Positions 10,931-22,507 of a DNA stretch of 64,000 bases are shown in pieces; the stretch's first letter is position 1; each line of letters begins with the position of its first letter. Source of the stretch: an uncultured delta proteobacterium (GTDB lineage Bacteria; Myxococcota_A; Polyangia; Palsa-1104); assembly GCA_963785725.1 (NCBI GenBank), contig CAWAWS010000047.1, forward strand, positions 96,001 through 160,000. Reading direction: 5' to 3'. The notes beneath the pieces are model-generated. The model saw only the letters and a list, made by a program, of their open reading frames with translations, searched no databases and was not told the origin of the DNA. The translations under genes were made by a program, and so were the position numbers.

Positions 10931-11648
10931 ATGGCTGACGACGAACACGCGCAAAGAGACGAGCTGGACGCGGCGCTGAGCGCGCACGTGCGTGCCGGCC
11001 GTCCTGCGCTGGGCGAGCCGAGCGCGAACGCGCCGTCCGACGACGAGATCCTGCGCTACGTCGACGGCGTGATGAATGACGCGGAGCGAACGGCCTTCGA
11101 AGCGTGCCTGAGCGACCAGCCGGATGTCATCGATCGTGTCGTCGTCGTCGCCAGCGCGCTCGCCGAAACCGGTTATGCAGCCTCAGAAGCCGACACAAGA
11201 CGTCGGAGCGCGCGCGGCACGTTTCGTCTTCCAGCTGTCGCGCGGCGCGCTCGCCTTCTTGCGCGGCAGCTCGCTGCCACTTTCGATCGAGCCCGCGCTC
11301 GCTGTTCGTTCGCAGGCGCCGTCGGAGCCGCCCCGATTCTTCGAGGTCGTGACACACCTTGCGTCCGACAGCGGTGAGGCCGGCACCGTCGAAGCACGCC
11401 TCGCCATCGAAGCGACCCAAGACGAAGCCGTCGACGTCCAGATCGCCATTACGCGACAAGGCGCCCCGCTCGACGGCGTACGCGTCAAGCTCCTGCGCGA
11501 CGGCCGGCCCATCGACTCGTCGCCCACCGATCATGGCCGCTGCACCTTTACCGCGTTGCGCGCCGCCCACTATGAGCTCGAGATCCGCAAAGGCGGCACC
11601 GAAGTCGGCCGCCTGACGCTCGACATCCGCGACGACCGCACCGTCTGA
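10931..11648 (+). pseudogene. Probable anti-sigma factor split by a +1 frameshift near 11175-11200 (may be an assembly indel)
   Basis: Frame of 10931 gives an anti-sigma-like N terminus (PSDDEILRYVDGVMNDAERTAFEACL) then Arg-rich nonsense; frame of 11124 becomes protein-like from QDVGARAARFVFQL and ends in a beta-sandwich-like domain. Confidence 0.6.
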
Positions 11649-11773
11649 GTCGCAACGCCCGGGGTGGGGAGCCCCTAGCATCCTGGGGTGTAGGCACCGC
11701 ATCCTTGCTTACTTTGCGGTCATTCAACCCGTTTAATTATCGGCAATTGCGGCGACACCTCGAGTGTACCGAT

Positions 11774-11789
11774 TGGCACGACACATGCT
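11774..11789 (+). promoter_or_regulatory. Sigma54 -24/-12 promoter
   Basis: TGGCACGACACATGCT, near-consensus, upstream of ATG 11823 with a GAGG RBS. Confidence 0.72.
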
Positions 11790-11822
11790 CATTCGGACCT
11801 GCAAATGAGGCCCGAGGCTCAC

Positions 11823-12161
11823 ATGCGTAACCTAGTGCTAATCAGTACGCTGCTTTTGTCAGGCGTGGCGGCTGCGCAAGCGGCCACCCCAGTGGCCGGT
11901 GACCAAAAAGAAGACATTCGGGTGCTGGGACGCCTCAACGTCAACGAAGCAAGCCGCGAGCAGCTGCTGACGGTGCCGGGGCTCGACCCGGTCGTCGTGG
12001 ACACGCTCCTGGCTCAGCGAAAGAAGGCGCCGCTCGACAAGAATGCGCTCGTCGTGTTGCCGGCAGAGGCGGCGTCCCATTTGAAAGCGGGCGGCTCGTC
12101 CGACTATCGCCGTATCCGCCTGTTGCCACTGCAAGTGCTGATGGCGCGGGCTTCGCTCTGA
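11823..12161 (+). CDS. Exported helix-hairpin-helix (ComEA-like) protein
   Basis: Signal peptide then RLNVNEASREQLLTVPGLD, a ComEA-type HhH motif. Confidence 0.72.
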   Translation: MRNLVLISTLLLSGVAAAQAATPVAGDQKEDIRVLGRLNVNEASREQLLTVPGLDPVVVDTLLAQRKKAPLDKNALVVLPAEAASHLKAGGSSDYRRIRLLPLQVLMARASL

Positions 12162-12255
12162 TCGCTCGCTCCGTCGCCTCGCACCTCATGGCGTTTTAAG
12201 GCCGCTCGCTCCGAGCGCCGAACCTCGCTGTCCGAAAATCTAAACAAATAGGCAC

Positions 12256-12290
12256 AAAAAAAGGGCCCCGGTTTCCCAGGGCCCTTCTTT
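12256..12290 (-). terminator. Rho-independent terminator of groESL
   Basis: Minus strand AAGGGCCCTGG-GAAA-CCGGGGCCCTT followed by a T run, about 25 nt after the groEL stop. Confidence 0.85.
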
Positions 12291-12315
12291 GCTCCGTGAA
12301 GCTGGAGCGGCGAGC

Positions 12316-13989
<1,674 letters not shown>

Positions 13990-14280
13990 TTATTTCTCTA
14001 CGATGGCGAGGATTTCGTCCTCGCGAAGGATGAGGTGCTCGACGCCATCGACCGAAATCTCGGTGCCGGAATACTTACCGAACAGGACGCGGTCGCCCTT
14101 CTTGACGTCGAGCGGGCGCAGCTTGCCGTCGTCGTTGAACTTGCCGTTACCGACGGCGATGACTTCGCCCTCGACCGGCTTTTCCTTGGCGCTGTCGGGG
14201 ATGATGATGCCCCCCTTGGTCTTCTCTTCCTCAGCCAGCCGCTTGACAACGAGCCGGTCCTGAAGCGGTCGAATATTCAT
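13990..14280 (-). CDS. groS: Co-chaperonin GroES
   Basis: [14 protein letters not shown]...[13 protein letters not shown]...[18 protein letters not shown] before ATG 14280. Confidence 0.98.
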   Translation of the reverse strand: MNIRPLQDRLVVKRLAEEEKTKGGIIIPDSAKEKPVEGEVIAVGNGKFNDDGKLRPLDVKKGDRVLFGKYSGTEISVDGVEHLILREDEILAIVEK

Positions 14281-14319
14281 CACTCTCCTCCAGTTGGGGA
14301 ATCCGTTACCGGACGATCG

Positions 14320-14346
14320 TTAGCACTCACGTCGAGTGAGTGCTAA
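14320..14346. promoter_or_regulatory. CIRCE element (HrcA operator)
   Basis: Perfect TTAGCACTC-N9-GAGTGCTAA 40 nt upstream of groES; candidate promoter TTGCGT-N16-TAACAT lies just upstream on the minus strand. Confidence 0.96.
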
Positions 14347-14574
14347 CAGGGCGGCATGTTAAGCATTGCGATTTTTCACGCAAGGCCCTTTCCGTCGTTT
14401 TTCCTGCTGCTTGCAGAATAGTCACAGCGTCGCGAAATGTAATCCACAGTCGCATAACATCGAAAGTGAAACAGCCTCGCGAACAGCCCTCTACTCAACT
14501 GGAAACAAAGCGGAAATTGAAGTTTGGGAGGGAGTGGCCGATGATCCAGGTGTCGACTTGGAGGTCTCCCTGCG

Positions 14575-15138
14575 ATGGATTTGAAGCTCACTACCTCGAT
14601 CGCCGAATTCTTCCAGGACCGTATCGCCGATGCCATGCGCAACCAGGGCCTCGATGCGACCACACCGACCGAGTGCTACTTGGTCAGCCTGCTGTCCGAC
14701 TACACGACTTCGCCGCCGGATGACGAGCCGTTGGCGCTCAAGTTGGCGCGCGCCGTTCAATCGCCGGATGAACGCGTTCGGCAGCTCAAAGAGGTCGGTG
14801 ATACATCGCTCTACTTGTCGGGCTTTTTCGCCGACTCGATACAGCGCCGGCTGGTCGACGTCGACTACTACATTCAGATGGGCGGCGCCGCCTACAGCGA
14901 GCTGGCGCGCTATTTCCGCGGCAACCCGAACTCGCAGGTATTCGGAGAGGTCTACGACGAGCTGGGCAAGAAATTCCCGCGCTTCGTCGACGTGTTCGCC
15001 GAGGTGAGCGAGGGTTCGACGACGTCCGATCACGACCTCGTGCATTTGTACGAGCGTTGGCTGCGCACGGGCTCGGAATGGATGGAGCGGCGCCTGCGCG
15101 CGCAAGGCGTCATTCCGCGCAAAGGGGATTTGCAGTAG
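14575..15138 (+). CDS. Uncharacterised helical protein divergent from groES
   Basis: 187 aa, normal codon usage, GGAGG RBS; motif LKEVGDTSLYLSGFFADS...DYYIQMGGAAY. Confidence 0.75.
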   Translation: MDLKLTTSIAEFFQDRIADAMRNQGLDATTPTECYLVSLLSDYTTSPPDDEPLALKLARAVQSPDERVRQLKEVGDTSLYLSGFFADSIQRRLVDVDYYIQMGGAAYSELARYFRGNPNSQVFGEVYDELGKKFPRFVDVFAEVSEGSTTSDHDLVHLYERWLRTGSEWMERRLRAQGVIPRKGDLQ

Positions 15139-15785
15139 TGCCTGCCGTCCTGCGCGCCTTGCAGGGCGGATTGGAATCGATGTATCGAGTCGAGACCGAT
15201 CTGGACGTCTGCGACTTTCTCATCGACGGCGAAGGCCGCGACGGCCATCAACTGGAGCGCACACCGCGCGAGCAACTGCTCGTGAAACAGGGTGGCGACG
15301 ACTTGGAGCTCGGTCTCTTCGTCGACGAACGAACCTTGGAGAATCTGGCGATGCGCGATCCGCGCCGCCGACTCGATGCGGACAACTTGCAAGACTTCCT
15401 GCTCGCGGTCGAGGGCGTGAGCCACTTCGTGTACATCGTGCATTGCGCGCGGCAGGAGCGTCACGTCTCGGCAGTCGAGCTCGAGCTGCAGGCGGAGGTC
15501 GACAAGTATCTCGTGGCGCTGCTCGTGACCTGGAACCAGACCGGTGAGCCTCCGAGCGACCTACGCGAGCGGCTGTTCTCGCGGGTGACGTTCGCGGGCG
15601 ATCTGTCACGCGAAGAGCGCGATCGATATCAGCTGGCGAATTCCGCGGCAGACGAGTACGCGGCGTCGTTGGAAGCTCGGTTCGTGCGCACACACTCGGT
15701 GACCGAGATGCTCGGTGAGGCGCGCGAGTTCTATCGCAAGGGACTCGCCGACAAGCTCGGCTACATCAGCCAGCTCGCAGCCTAA
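15138..15785 (+). CDS. Uncharacterised protein, possible degenerate zincin-like fold
   Basis: GTG overlaps the upstream TAG; motif EGVSHF...ELELQAEVDKY. Confidence 0.72.
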   Translation: MPAVLRALQGGLESMYRVETDLDVCDFLIDGEGRDGHQLERTPREQLLVKQGGDDLELGLFVDERTLENLAMRDPRRRLDADNLQDFLLAVEGVSHFVYIVHCARQERHVSAVELELQAEVDKYLVALLVTWNQTGEPPSDLRERLFSRVTFAGDLSREERDRYQLANSAADEYAASLEARFVRTHSVTEMLGEAREFYRKGLADKLGYISQLAA

Positions 15786-15872
15786 GAAGCAAAGTCCTTT
15801 CGCCGCCACTAGGTCGCACGAAGGCACAAGCCTCGGGTCATCAGGCACACATCAGCACAGCCACCCCACGCG

Positions 15873-16805
15873 TCAGCCAGCTTGCCGCGTGGCGTGCGTG
15901 CGCTTCTTCGGCCGCGCCTTGGCGTGCTTCGGCTTCGTCGCGGCCGGCGGCTCCGGTGTCACTTCCGCCGGCTGCGTCGGCACCATGAGCTGCGACGGCA
16001 AGTGCGCAACCGGGGCCTCGCGCTCAGGAGGCGCCGTTGGCAACAGGACAGGCGTCGGCGGACGTCGCAACAGCGCCGTGCTGACGCCTGCGAGCGCAAT
16101 CAACGAGCACATGGCCAACGACGGCCAGAACACGCCGCGCAGCGTCCGAGAACCTCCTGGTCGCGCCTTCGCCGACGCCACCACCGCGTCGCTGGCCTCG
16201 AGCGCGCCCGGCGGCGGCACGTTGGCCATGATGTCGGTCGGCACGACTTCGTTCGTCGTGTCCTCGTTGAGGTCCACGAAGATGCGCAGTCGCGCCGCAC
16301 CGCCGCGCGTAACGTCGAGCCCAATCCACTGCACGCGTCCATCGCATGCGCGCTCCGGCGACAACTCAGTCGTCACTTGGCTCCCCAGCTTCAGCCACGG
16401 CAGCTCGGCTTCGATCATGACCCCGCGGTCGCTCAGGTCGCGCGCGCTGGCTCGCAATGGAGCGCTCAGCGCCGGCAAGTGAATGCGCACGTCTCGCCGG
16501 CCGAACAGCGTCGGTTCGCGCTTCTGTACGAGCCGCTGGATGCGCTGACGATCGGGATCGCCGAGACCGACGAATCGGACGGCCATCCCTTCATCGGCGT
16601 GGCGCACGACCTCGCCCTCGACATCGACCGGGTCGGCACCGTCGCGCAGGTTCACTTTCATGCGAATCTGCGCGCCGAGCTCGAGCGGAGTCTCGGCGGA
16701 CATGAGAATGCCGCCTGTGGACAGGTTGACGGACCGTGCGCGACCACCGCTGCCGAATTGGACGGTGGCATCATGTGCTACTCGCGGCGCATCTACCGAA
16801 CGCAT
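15873..16805 (-). CDS. Tandem PilZ-domain protein with C-terminal TM and Pro-rich tail
   Basis: NLSTGG and DLSDRG motifs, GEVVRH...GMAVRF and GRVQW strands, hydrophobic segment near the C terminus. Confidence 0.8.
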   Translation of the reverse strand: MRSVDAPRVAHDATVQFGSGGRARSVNLSTGGILMSAETPLELGAQIRMKVNLRDGADPVDVEGEVVRHADEGMAVRFVGLGDPDRQRIQRLVQKREPTLFGRRDVRIHLPALSAPLRASARDLSDRGVMIEAELPWLKLGSQVTTELSPERACDGRVQWIGLDVTRGGAARLRIFVDLNEDTTNEVVPTDIMANVPPPGALEASDAVVASAKARPGGSRTLRGVFWPSLAMCSLIALAGVSTALLRRPPTPVLLPTAPPEREAPVAHLPSQLMVPTQPAEVTPEPPAATKPKHAKARPKKRTHATRQAG

Positions 16806-16842
16806 GCTACCGGTTACGCAAGTATCGTTCCGCTCCGTAAGG

Positions 16843-16908
16843 CCCGAAAATCCTAGATCTTGCATCGCGACACTCTCCGGATTTCGGAGGCCGGTACGGT
16901 TTCCGGTG
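16843..16908. promoter_or_regulatory. Candidate activator-binding sites upstream of the PilZ gene
   Basis: CTCCG-GATTT-CGGAG (16875-16889), related GTACG-GTTTC-CGGTG (16894-16908) and minus-strand CTAGGATTTTCGG; similar sites at 43911-43945. Confidence 0.45.
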
Positions 16909-16924
16909 CGCTCCGATACGTTCC

Positions 16925-17575
16925 TTAGAGCTTCGTCGCGAGATCCTTCCGTTGCAACTTTGCTGTCGTCGTCAAAAGCTCCGGCTCTTTGGCGATACCC
17001 ATCGTAATGACGAGCTTGAAGGCCTGTTGCACCGGCATATCGAGCTCGCGGACCAGCTTTCGCTCGACCAGCAAATAGAACCCGGACGTCGGATTAGGAG
17101 TCGTCGGCACGAACACGCTGACTAGCTCCTGGCCGTCGCGCGACAAGATCGGCACATGGCTCGACGTCACGAACGCGATCGAGAAGATCCCTTGGCGCGG
17201 ATATTCGATCAGCACGGCGCGGTTGAAGCTGTCGGCGCCTTGCGCGAACACCGACTCGAAGACCTGCTTGATGAGCCCGTACGTGCCACCGAACAGCGGA
17301 ACCCGTTGGAAGCTGCGATCGAAGAACGCGACCAATCGACGACCGACGAAGTTGTGCGCAAAGACGCCGAACAGGAGCGCGAGCACGAGGACGCTGAGCA
17401 CGCCGAGCCCCGGCATCGGATAGCCGAATGGCTTCGGCCGATAGGCGTCGGGGAAAAGGCCGTCGATGCCGCTGACGATTAGATACACGAGGTAGGCGGT
17501 GCCGACGACCGGCGCCAGCAACACCATGCCGGTGATCAACTCGTTCTTGAGGAGGCTCCCGAAGCGCTTGATCAC
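16925..17575 (-). CDS. DUF502 family membrane protein
   Basis: TM segments, RVPLFGGTY..IKQ, VLIEYPR, SVFVPTTPNPTSGF, AFKLVITMG. Confidence 0.9.
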   Translation of the reverse strand: MIKRFGSLLKNELITGMVLLAPVVGTAYLVYLIVSGIDGLFPDAYRPKPFGYPMPGLGVLSVLVLALLFGVFAHNFVGRRLVAFFDRSFQRVPLFGGTYGLIKQVFESVFAQGADSFNRAVLIEYPRQGIFSIAFVTSSHVPILSRDGQELVSVFVPTTPNPTSGFYLLVERKLVRELDMPVQQAFKLVITMGIAKEPELLTTTAKLQRKDLATKL

Positions 17576-17585
17576 GGGCGCGAGT

Positions 17586-18440
17586 CTACGGGGCGAGTAG
17601 CAGATTGTCGATGAGTCGCGTGTTGCCGACGAATGCCGCGATCGCCATCACCGCCGGACGGATCACTTCGCCGCTCAAAAGCTCCAGTGATTCGCCGTCG
17701 CGCAGCTCGAGGTAATCGAGCCGAACACCGGCGCCGGCGTCGACCAGCTGACGAGCTTTCGCCAACAGCGTCGGCGCGTCTCGCTCGCCGCCAGTAAAGG
17801 CAGAATGAGCCGCGCCGAGCGCGCGCGACAAGGCCAAGGCACGACTACGCTCGTCGGCCGACAGATACGCGTTCCGCGACGACATGGCCAAACCGTCGGG
17901 CTCGCGCACGATCGGCATGCCCACGATCTCGCTGGAAACGTCGAGATCGCGCGCCATGCGACGAATGACCTGGAGCTGCTGATAGTCCTTCATCCCGAAC
18001 AGCGCAACGGTCGGCTGAACGATATTGAGCAGCTTGAGAACGACCGTCGCCACACCGCGAAAATGGCCCGGCCTACTCGCGCCGCACAATCCCTGCTGCA
18101 GCCGCTCGACTTCGACGAACGTCTGATATCCGTCGGGATACATCGAAGCCGCATCCGGTACGTAGGCCACGTCGACGCCGGCACGCTCGGCCTTTGCCAA
18201 GTCGCCCTCGAGATCGCGCGGATAGCGCGACAGATCTTCTTTAGGCCCGAACTGTGTCGGGTTTACGAAGATCGAGAGCACCAGGATATCGCCGCGCCGC
18301 CGCCCCTCCTCGAGCAACGAAACGTGACCGTCGTGCAGGTAGCCCATCGTGGGGACGAACGCGATCCGCTTGCCGGCGACGCGCCACGCGTCGGAACGCG
18401 CGCGCATCGCCGACGGCGTCTTGACGATTTCGACCGTCAC
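17586..18440 (-). CDS. panC: Pantoate-beta-alanine ligase
   Basis: [48 protein letters not shown]. Confidence 0.97.
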   Translation of the reverse strand: MTVEIVKTPSAMRARSDAWRVAGKRIAFVPTMGYLHDGHVSLLEEGRRRGDILVLSIFVNPTQFGPKEDLSRYPRDLEGDLAKAERAGVDVAYVPDAASMYPDGYQTFVEVERLQQGLCGASRPGHFRGVATVVLKLLNIVQPTVALFGMKDYQQLQVIRRMARDLDVSSEIVGMPIVREPDGLAMSSRNAYLSADERSRALALSRALGAAHSAFTGGERDAPTLLAKARQLVDAGAGVRLDYLELRDGESLELLSGEVIRPAVMAIAAFVGNTRLIDNLLLAP

Positions 18441-19384
18441 GTCTTGCGTGGAAACGGCAGCGGAATACAGGCTGCGCCGCTGGCGTCGGGATCGCGATCG
18501 CCGCCGTTCGCCGCCGCCGCGCGCACCGAGCCGTACGGCGTCGCCGATTCCGCACGCTGCGGAACGTCCTTCGAGAAGCTGTGCTCGACGTCGGGGAACT
18601 GCTCGTTGCGCACTTCGTTGATGTATTGCTCGACCGCGGTGCGAATGCGCACGGCGAGATTGTCATAGCGCTTGACGAACTTGGGGCGGAACTCCTCGTT
18701 CATGCCCAACAGGTCGTAGATGACGAGGACTTGCCCGTCACAGTGCACGCCGGCGCCGATGCCAATGGTCGGGATCGAGATGGCGTCGGTGATCTGCTGC
18801 GCGAGCTCGTGCGGAATACCTTCGAGCACGATCGAATAACAGCCCGCCTGCTCGAGCGCGCGTGCATCGGCGAGGAGCTGCTTGGCTTGCGCATCCGAGC
18901 GCCCTTGAACTTTGAAGCCGCCCATCGAGTGCAGCGACTGCGGAGTGAGCCCGATGTGGCCCATGACCGGGATGCCGATGCGCGACAGGCGCGAAGCGAG
19001 CTCGGCGTATTCGGCGCCGCCTTCGAGCTTCACAGCCTCGGCGCCGCCCTCTTTCACCAAGCGACCGGCGTTGCGAATGCCGTCTTCGAGCGAAGCCTGA
19101 TACGACATGAAGGGCATATCGCCGACGACCTGCGCACGCTCGGTGCCGCGCTTGACGGAGCGACAGTGATAAATCATCTCCTCCATCGTGACGGGCAGCG
19201 TGTTGCCACTGCCCTGCACCACCATGCCCAGCGAATCACCGACGAGGATGATATCGATTCCGGCTTGATCGACGAGACGCGCGAAGCTGGCGTCGTAGGC
19301 GGTGAGCATCGAAATCTTGTGATGCTCCGACTTCATCTTGGCGAGCGTGTTGATCGTGACTTTCGAGGCCGTGTTCGTCTTCAT
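18437..19384 (-). CDS. panB: 3-methyl-2-oxobutanoate hydroxymethyltransferase
   Basis: [45 protein letters not shown]. Confidence 0.97.
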   Translation of the reverse strand: MKTNTASKVTINTLAKMKSEHHKISMLTAYDASFARLVDQAGIDIILVGDSLGMVVQGSGNTLPVTMEEMIYHCRSVKRGTERAQVVGDMPFMSYQASLEDGIRNAGRLVKEGGAEAVKLEGGAEYAELASRLSRIGIPVMGHIGLTPQSLHSMGGFKVQGRSDAQAKQLLADARALEQAGCYSIVLEGIPHELAQQITDAISIPTIGIGAGVHCDGQVLVIYDLLGMNEEFRPKFVKRYDNLAVRIRTAVEQYINEVRNEQFPDVEHSFSKDVPQRAESATPYGSVRAAAANGGDRDPDASGAACIPLPFPRKT

Positions 19385-19405
19385 GGTCCACCTCCGTCTC
19401 GGTCC

Positions 19406-20047
19406 CTATCGGGATCCAAGCGGGCTGTAGTGGGAGACGCCTGCCTTGGTGCGCTGGATGACCGCTACGAGATCGTCGAGCTCAGCTCGGCTCTCCACGA
19501 AGTCGATCTCCGACGTGTTGACCACCAACAGCGGACTATCTCCGTAGTGAAAGAAGAACTCTGCGTAAGCTTGCGCCACCCTTTCGATATAGTCACGCGG
19601 CGGGGTCCTTACGCCGTCCGCGCGTCGCTTCAAACGGGACAAAAGCACGTCGGGCCGTGCTTGTAAATATACCACCAGATCCGGCCGCGGCACTTGCGCA
19701 CCCAAGAGGCCGTAGATCTTGTCGTACAGCGTCAATTCGTCGCGACTGAGGTTCAACTGCGCGAAAATGCGGTCACGCGCAAATAAGTGGTCGCTGACGA
19801 CGCCGCCGCGCGCGAACAGATCTTGCTGATGTACGTCGTGTTTTTGCTGATAACGCGACAGCAAAAAGTAGAGCTGCGCTTGAAAGGCGTGGCGCTTCGG
19901 ATCGTCGTAGAAGTCGGTCAGGAACGGGTTGTTCGTCGACTCCAACACTTCGCGTGCGCCGAGCTTCGCCGACAGCAGCCGCGCGAAAGCGGTCTTGCCC
20001 ACGCCGAGAGGTCCTTCGATGACGAGGTAGCGAGGGCCCACGTCCAC
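19406..20047 (-). CDS. Deoxynucleoside kinase
   Basis: IEGPLGVGKT P-loop, QLYFLLSRY, PDLVVYLQA; typical position upstream of panB. Confidence 0.9.
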   Translation of the reverse strand: MDVGPRYLVIEGPLGVGKTAFARLLSAKLGAREVLESTNNPFLTDFYDDPKRHAFQAQLYFLLSRYQQKHDVHQQDLFARGGVVSDHLFARDRIFAQLNLSRDELTLYDKIYGLLGAQVPRPDLVVYLQARPDVLLSRLKRRADGVRTPPRDYIERVAQAYAEFFFHYGDSPLLVVNTSEIDFVESRAELDDLVAVIQRTKAGVSHYSPLGSR

Positions 20048-20087
20048 TCGCGCAATATAGGATCAATCGTCGGAAGCGTCTACGCGC

Positions 20088-21206
20088 CTATTCGGTCGTT
20101 TTAGCGCTGCGGCGGCCTGCGAGTGGGATCGTAAAAGCCCCCGAAGCCGGCCGGCGTTTAGGTAAATCGGCGCGTTGCAGCGATTTGTCCAGGCAATCGG
20201 CGGCTGGATGATCGGGCCGCGTACGAATGCCGGACTTCGTCCACATCAAGCCGACGCGTAAGACCTCGGGTCCCGGCAGGCAGTCTTCGAGTTGGAGCAG
20301 CAGTGGACCCAACGCGCGCGCAATGATCAGCGGATCGCCCGGCGCACCATCGATCTCGCGCGGGTCGAGCTCCAGCTCGAAGTCGGTCAGCTTTTGACGG
20401 GCGAGCTCGATGTACGGGCTGTCGGGCAGCTTGCCGACGAAGCGGCGCATTTCGACGCGCGCTTCGGCGATCGCCCCACGAGCAGCCCAACCGAGCGCAC
20501 GATAATAGTGCTCATCACCGGCGGGCACGAAGACGTAGTCGCCGCTGTTCAAGCTGTACAGCACCGGATCGAGCGAGAGGACGGCATCGACCTCGGCGCG
20601 CGACTTGTCGACTTGGCCGTCACGATCGAGCGCCACCGCCAGCGCCAAGCGCACGACTGGCTTGTCTGGCGCGAGCGCGACGGCCGAGCGATATTCGTCG
20701 ATCGCTTCGGCCAATCGACCGACGGCCATCAGCTCGTCGGCGAGATCGTAGTGAACCAAGTAACGGTTCTGAGGCGGCAATCCGCCCATCGCTTCGAGCG
20801 CGCGATGAGCCTCGATCGCGCCGGCCAGATCGCCGGTGACCTCCCGTGCAAAGCCGAGATGGAACGTAAGCGCCACGTCGGCGTCGTGGCTGGCGGGCTT
20901 GTCCGTCGCAACGAGGCGCGCCCGCTCCAGGACTTGACGAGCATCGTCGAGCTCGTGCGCCGCGAGCAGCGTTTCGCCGAGCGACTGCAGCACGTCGCGA
21001 TCATCGGGACAGAGCGTCGTCGCTTGGCGCAAGAGGTTGGCCGCATTCGTCGCCAAATCGTGAGCACGCGCCTGCTTTGCTTGCTCGAGCAGCACTGCAC
21101 AGCGCCGGCGTGCCGGATGCGCGATGTCGTCCCAAAGTGGCGCAGCGGATACGACGTGTGTCGACGTGACGAGAACGAGCGCGATCATCGAACAGAATCG
21201 CGTCAT
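20088..21206 (-). CDS. Exported TPR protein (paralog B)
   Basis: Signal peptide MTRFCSMIALVLV...SA, several TPR-like repeats; ATG 21206 overlaps the stop of the upstream paralog. Confidence 0.75.
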   Translation of the reverse strand: MTRFCSMIALVLVTSTHVVSAAPLWDDIAHPARRRCAVLLEQAKQARAHDLATNAANLLRQATTLCPDDRDVLQSLGETLLAAHELDDARQVLERARLVATDKPASHDADVALTFHLGFAREVTGDLAGAIEAHRALEAMGGLPPQNRYLVHYDLADELMAVGRLAEAIDEYRSAVALAPDKPVVRLALAVALDRDGQVDKSRAEVDAVLSLDPVLYSLNSGDYVFVPAGDEHYYRALGWAARGAIAEARVEMRRFVGKLPDSPYIELARQKLTDFELELDPREIDGAPGDPLIIARALGPLLLQLEDCLPGPEVLRVGLMWTKSGIRTRPDHPAADCLDKSLQRADLPKRRPASGAFTIPLAGRRSAKTTE

Positions 21207-22447
21207 TTGCCGCCGAATAGCAGCGTGAGGATGACTTCCTCGGCCTCCATGTTGTCGCTGAGCGGGAAACGCCACGCCGACGCAGTCAGCTCGACACAAT
21301 GTCCGAGCGAGCTCTCGTCGACGGTGGACATCAGCACGTGCGCCCGCGCGGCCAGCACGCCCGATGGGTCGATGAGCATTTGCAGCTGCATCTCGCCACG
21401 AGAAGAAGGATCGACGCGCAGCGTGCGCGCATAACACAAGCGCAGCTCTTCTTCGTGCAGCTGGATGACGTCACGCAGCTCGGACGCGGTGCGCACTCCA
21501 CGAAGGTCGACGACATCACCGACGAGAACATGCACGCGCGCCGGATCGACCGACGGACCGCCGCCGTTCCGTTTGAGCTCGGCGAGATGTGCGCGCGCAC
21601 GTCGCACATACGGTGAGGCGGGCGATTCGGCGATGAACGCGCGCCACGCCGCTACCGCGAGCTCGCGATCGCCGGCGATTTCGTGGCCCAACGCTTCGTA
21701 GTAGCGTTTGTCGCCGGTCGGCTCGAAGAAGACGCTGTCGTCCGCGAGATGCGCCATCGTCGGATCGAAGTCGAGCGCGCGCTGAATCGCTTGATGCGAC
21801 TTCTCGATCTGCTCGTCGCGATCGAGCGCCACGCCCAGCCCCCACTCGGCAAGCTCCCACTCGATGTCGCCTGCGATCGACACCGCTTCTGCTTGCCGAT
21901 AACGATCGATCGCCCGATCGAGATAGCCGAGCGCCATCAACGTCTCCGCCGAATTCCCGAGCAGCACCGAACGGCCGAGATCTTCGAACAGATTCGAGCG
22001 ACGAACCGGATCGATGAGCTTGAGCGAACGATCGTATTCGACGAGCGCCTCTTTGTAGGAGCCGATCCGCGACAGCAACAAGCCCAGCTCGGATGCAATT
22101 CGTTCCGCGTCAGCGCCGCTGCGATCGAGCTTGCGCGCTTCGTACAGCTCGTCGATCGCGCGTTGACAGGCGTTGGGACGACAAGCTTCCGGATGCTGCA
22201 AATCGGCGACGCTCAGCGCCTGCGCGAGCATGATGTGCGGCGTCGGATCGCGCGGCTTCTCGCGTGCCGCCTGCTCGCACAGCGCCTGCGCTTGATCGGC
22301 GAGCGTGAAGCGGCGATCGCGATCGCGGGTCTGCGACACCGCGCGCAGCAGCTGCTGCGCCTGCTCGATCAGCCCGGCGCGGGCCCGCGTCGGCAAGCAG
22401 ATGAGCACGATCGCGATGATGCAGGCGAGCGAGCGACGAATACGCAC
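21203..22447 (-). CDS. Exported TPR protein with AgmX/PglI (TonB-C-like) C-terminal domain (paralog A)
   Basis: Real start GTG 22447 (MRIRRSLACIIAIVLICLPTRARA) inside track ORF 21203..24148; C-terminal ELRLCYARTLRVDPSSRG...IDPSG...CV...WRFP. Confidence 0.75.
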   Translation of the reverse strand: MRIRRSLACIIAIVLICLPTRARAGLIEQAQQLLRAVSQTRDRDRRFTLADQAQALCEQAAREKPRDPTPHIMLAQALSVADLQHPEACRPNACQRAIDELYEARKLDRSGADAERIASELGLLLSRIGSYKEALVEYDRSLKLIDPVRRSNLFEDLGRSVLLGNSAETLMALGYLDRAIDRYRQAEAVSIAGDIEWELAEWGLGVALDRDEQIEKSHQAIQRALDFDPTMAHLADDSVFFEPTGDKRYYEALGHEIAGDRELAVAAWRAFIAESPASPYVRRARAHLAELKRNGGGPSVDPARVHVLVGDVVDLRGVRTASELRDVIQLHEEELRLCYARTLRVDPSSRGEMQLQMLIDPSGVLAARAHVLMSTVDESSLGHCVELTASAWRFPLSDNMEAEEVILTLLFGGK

Positions 22448-22507
22448 GTGCCTGAGTATACGTCGTCGATTGACCTCGCGCTGCGACGAGCCGTATAAGC
22501 GGTCGAG

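Noticed and set aside
14440..14448. DnaA-box-like TAATCCACA in the groES intergenic region
   Set aside because: Single site with a mismatch, no cluster of boxes or origin-associated genes
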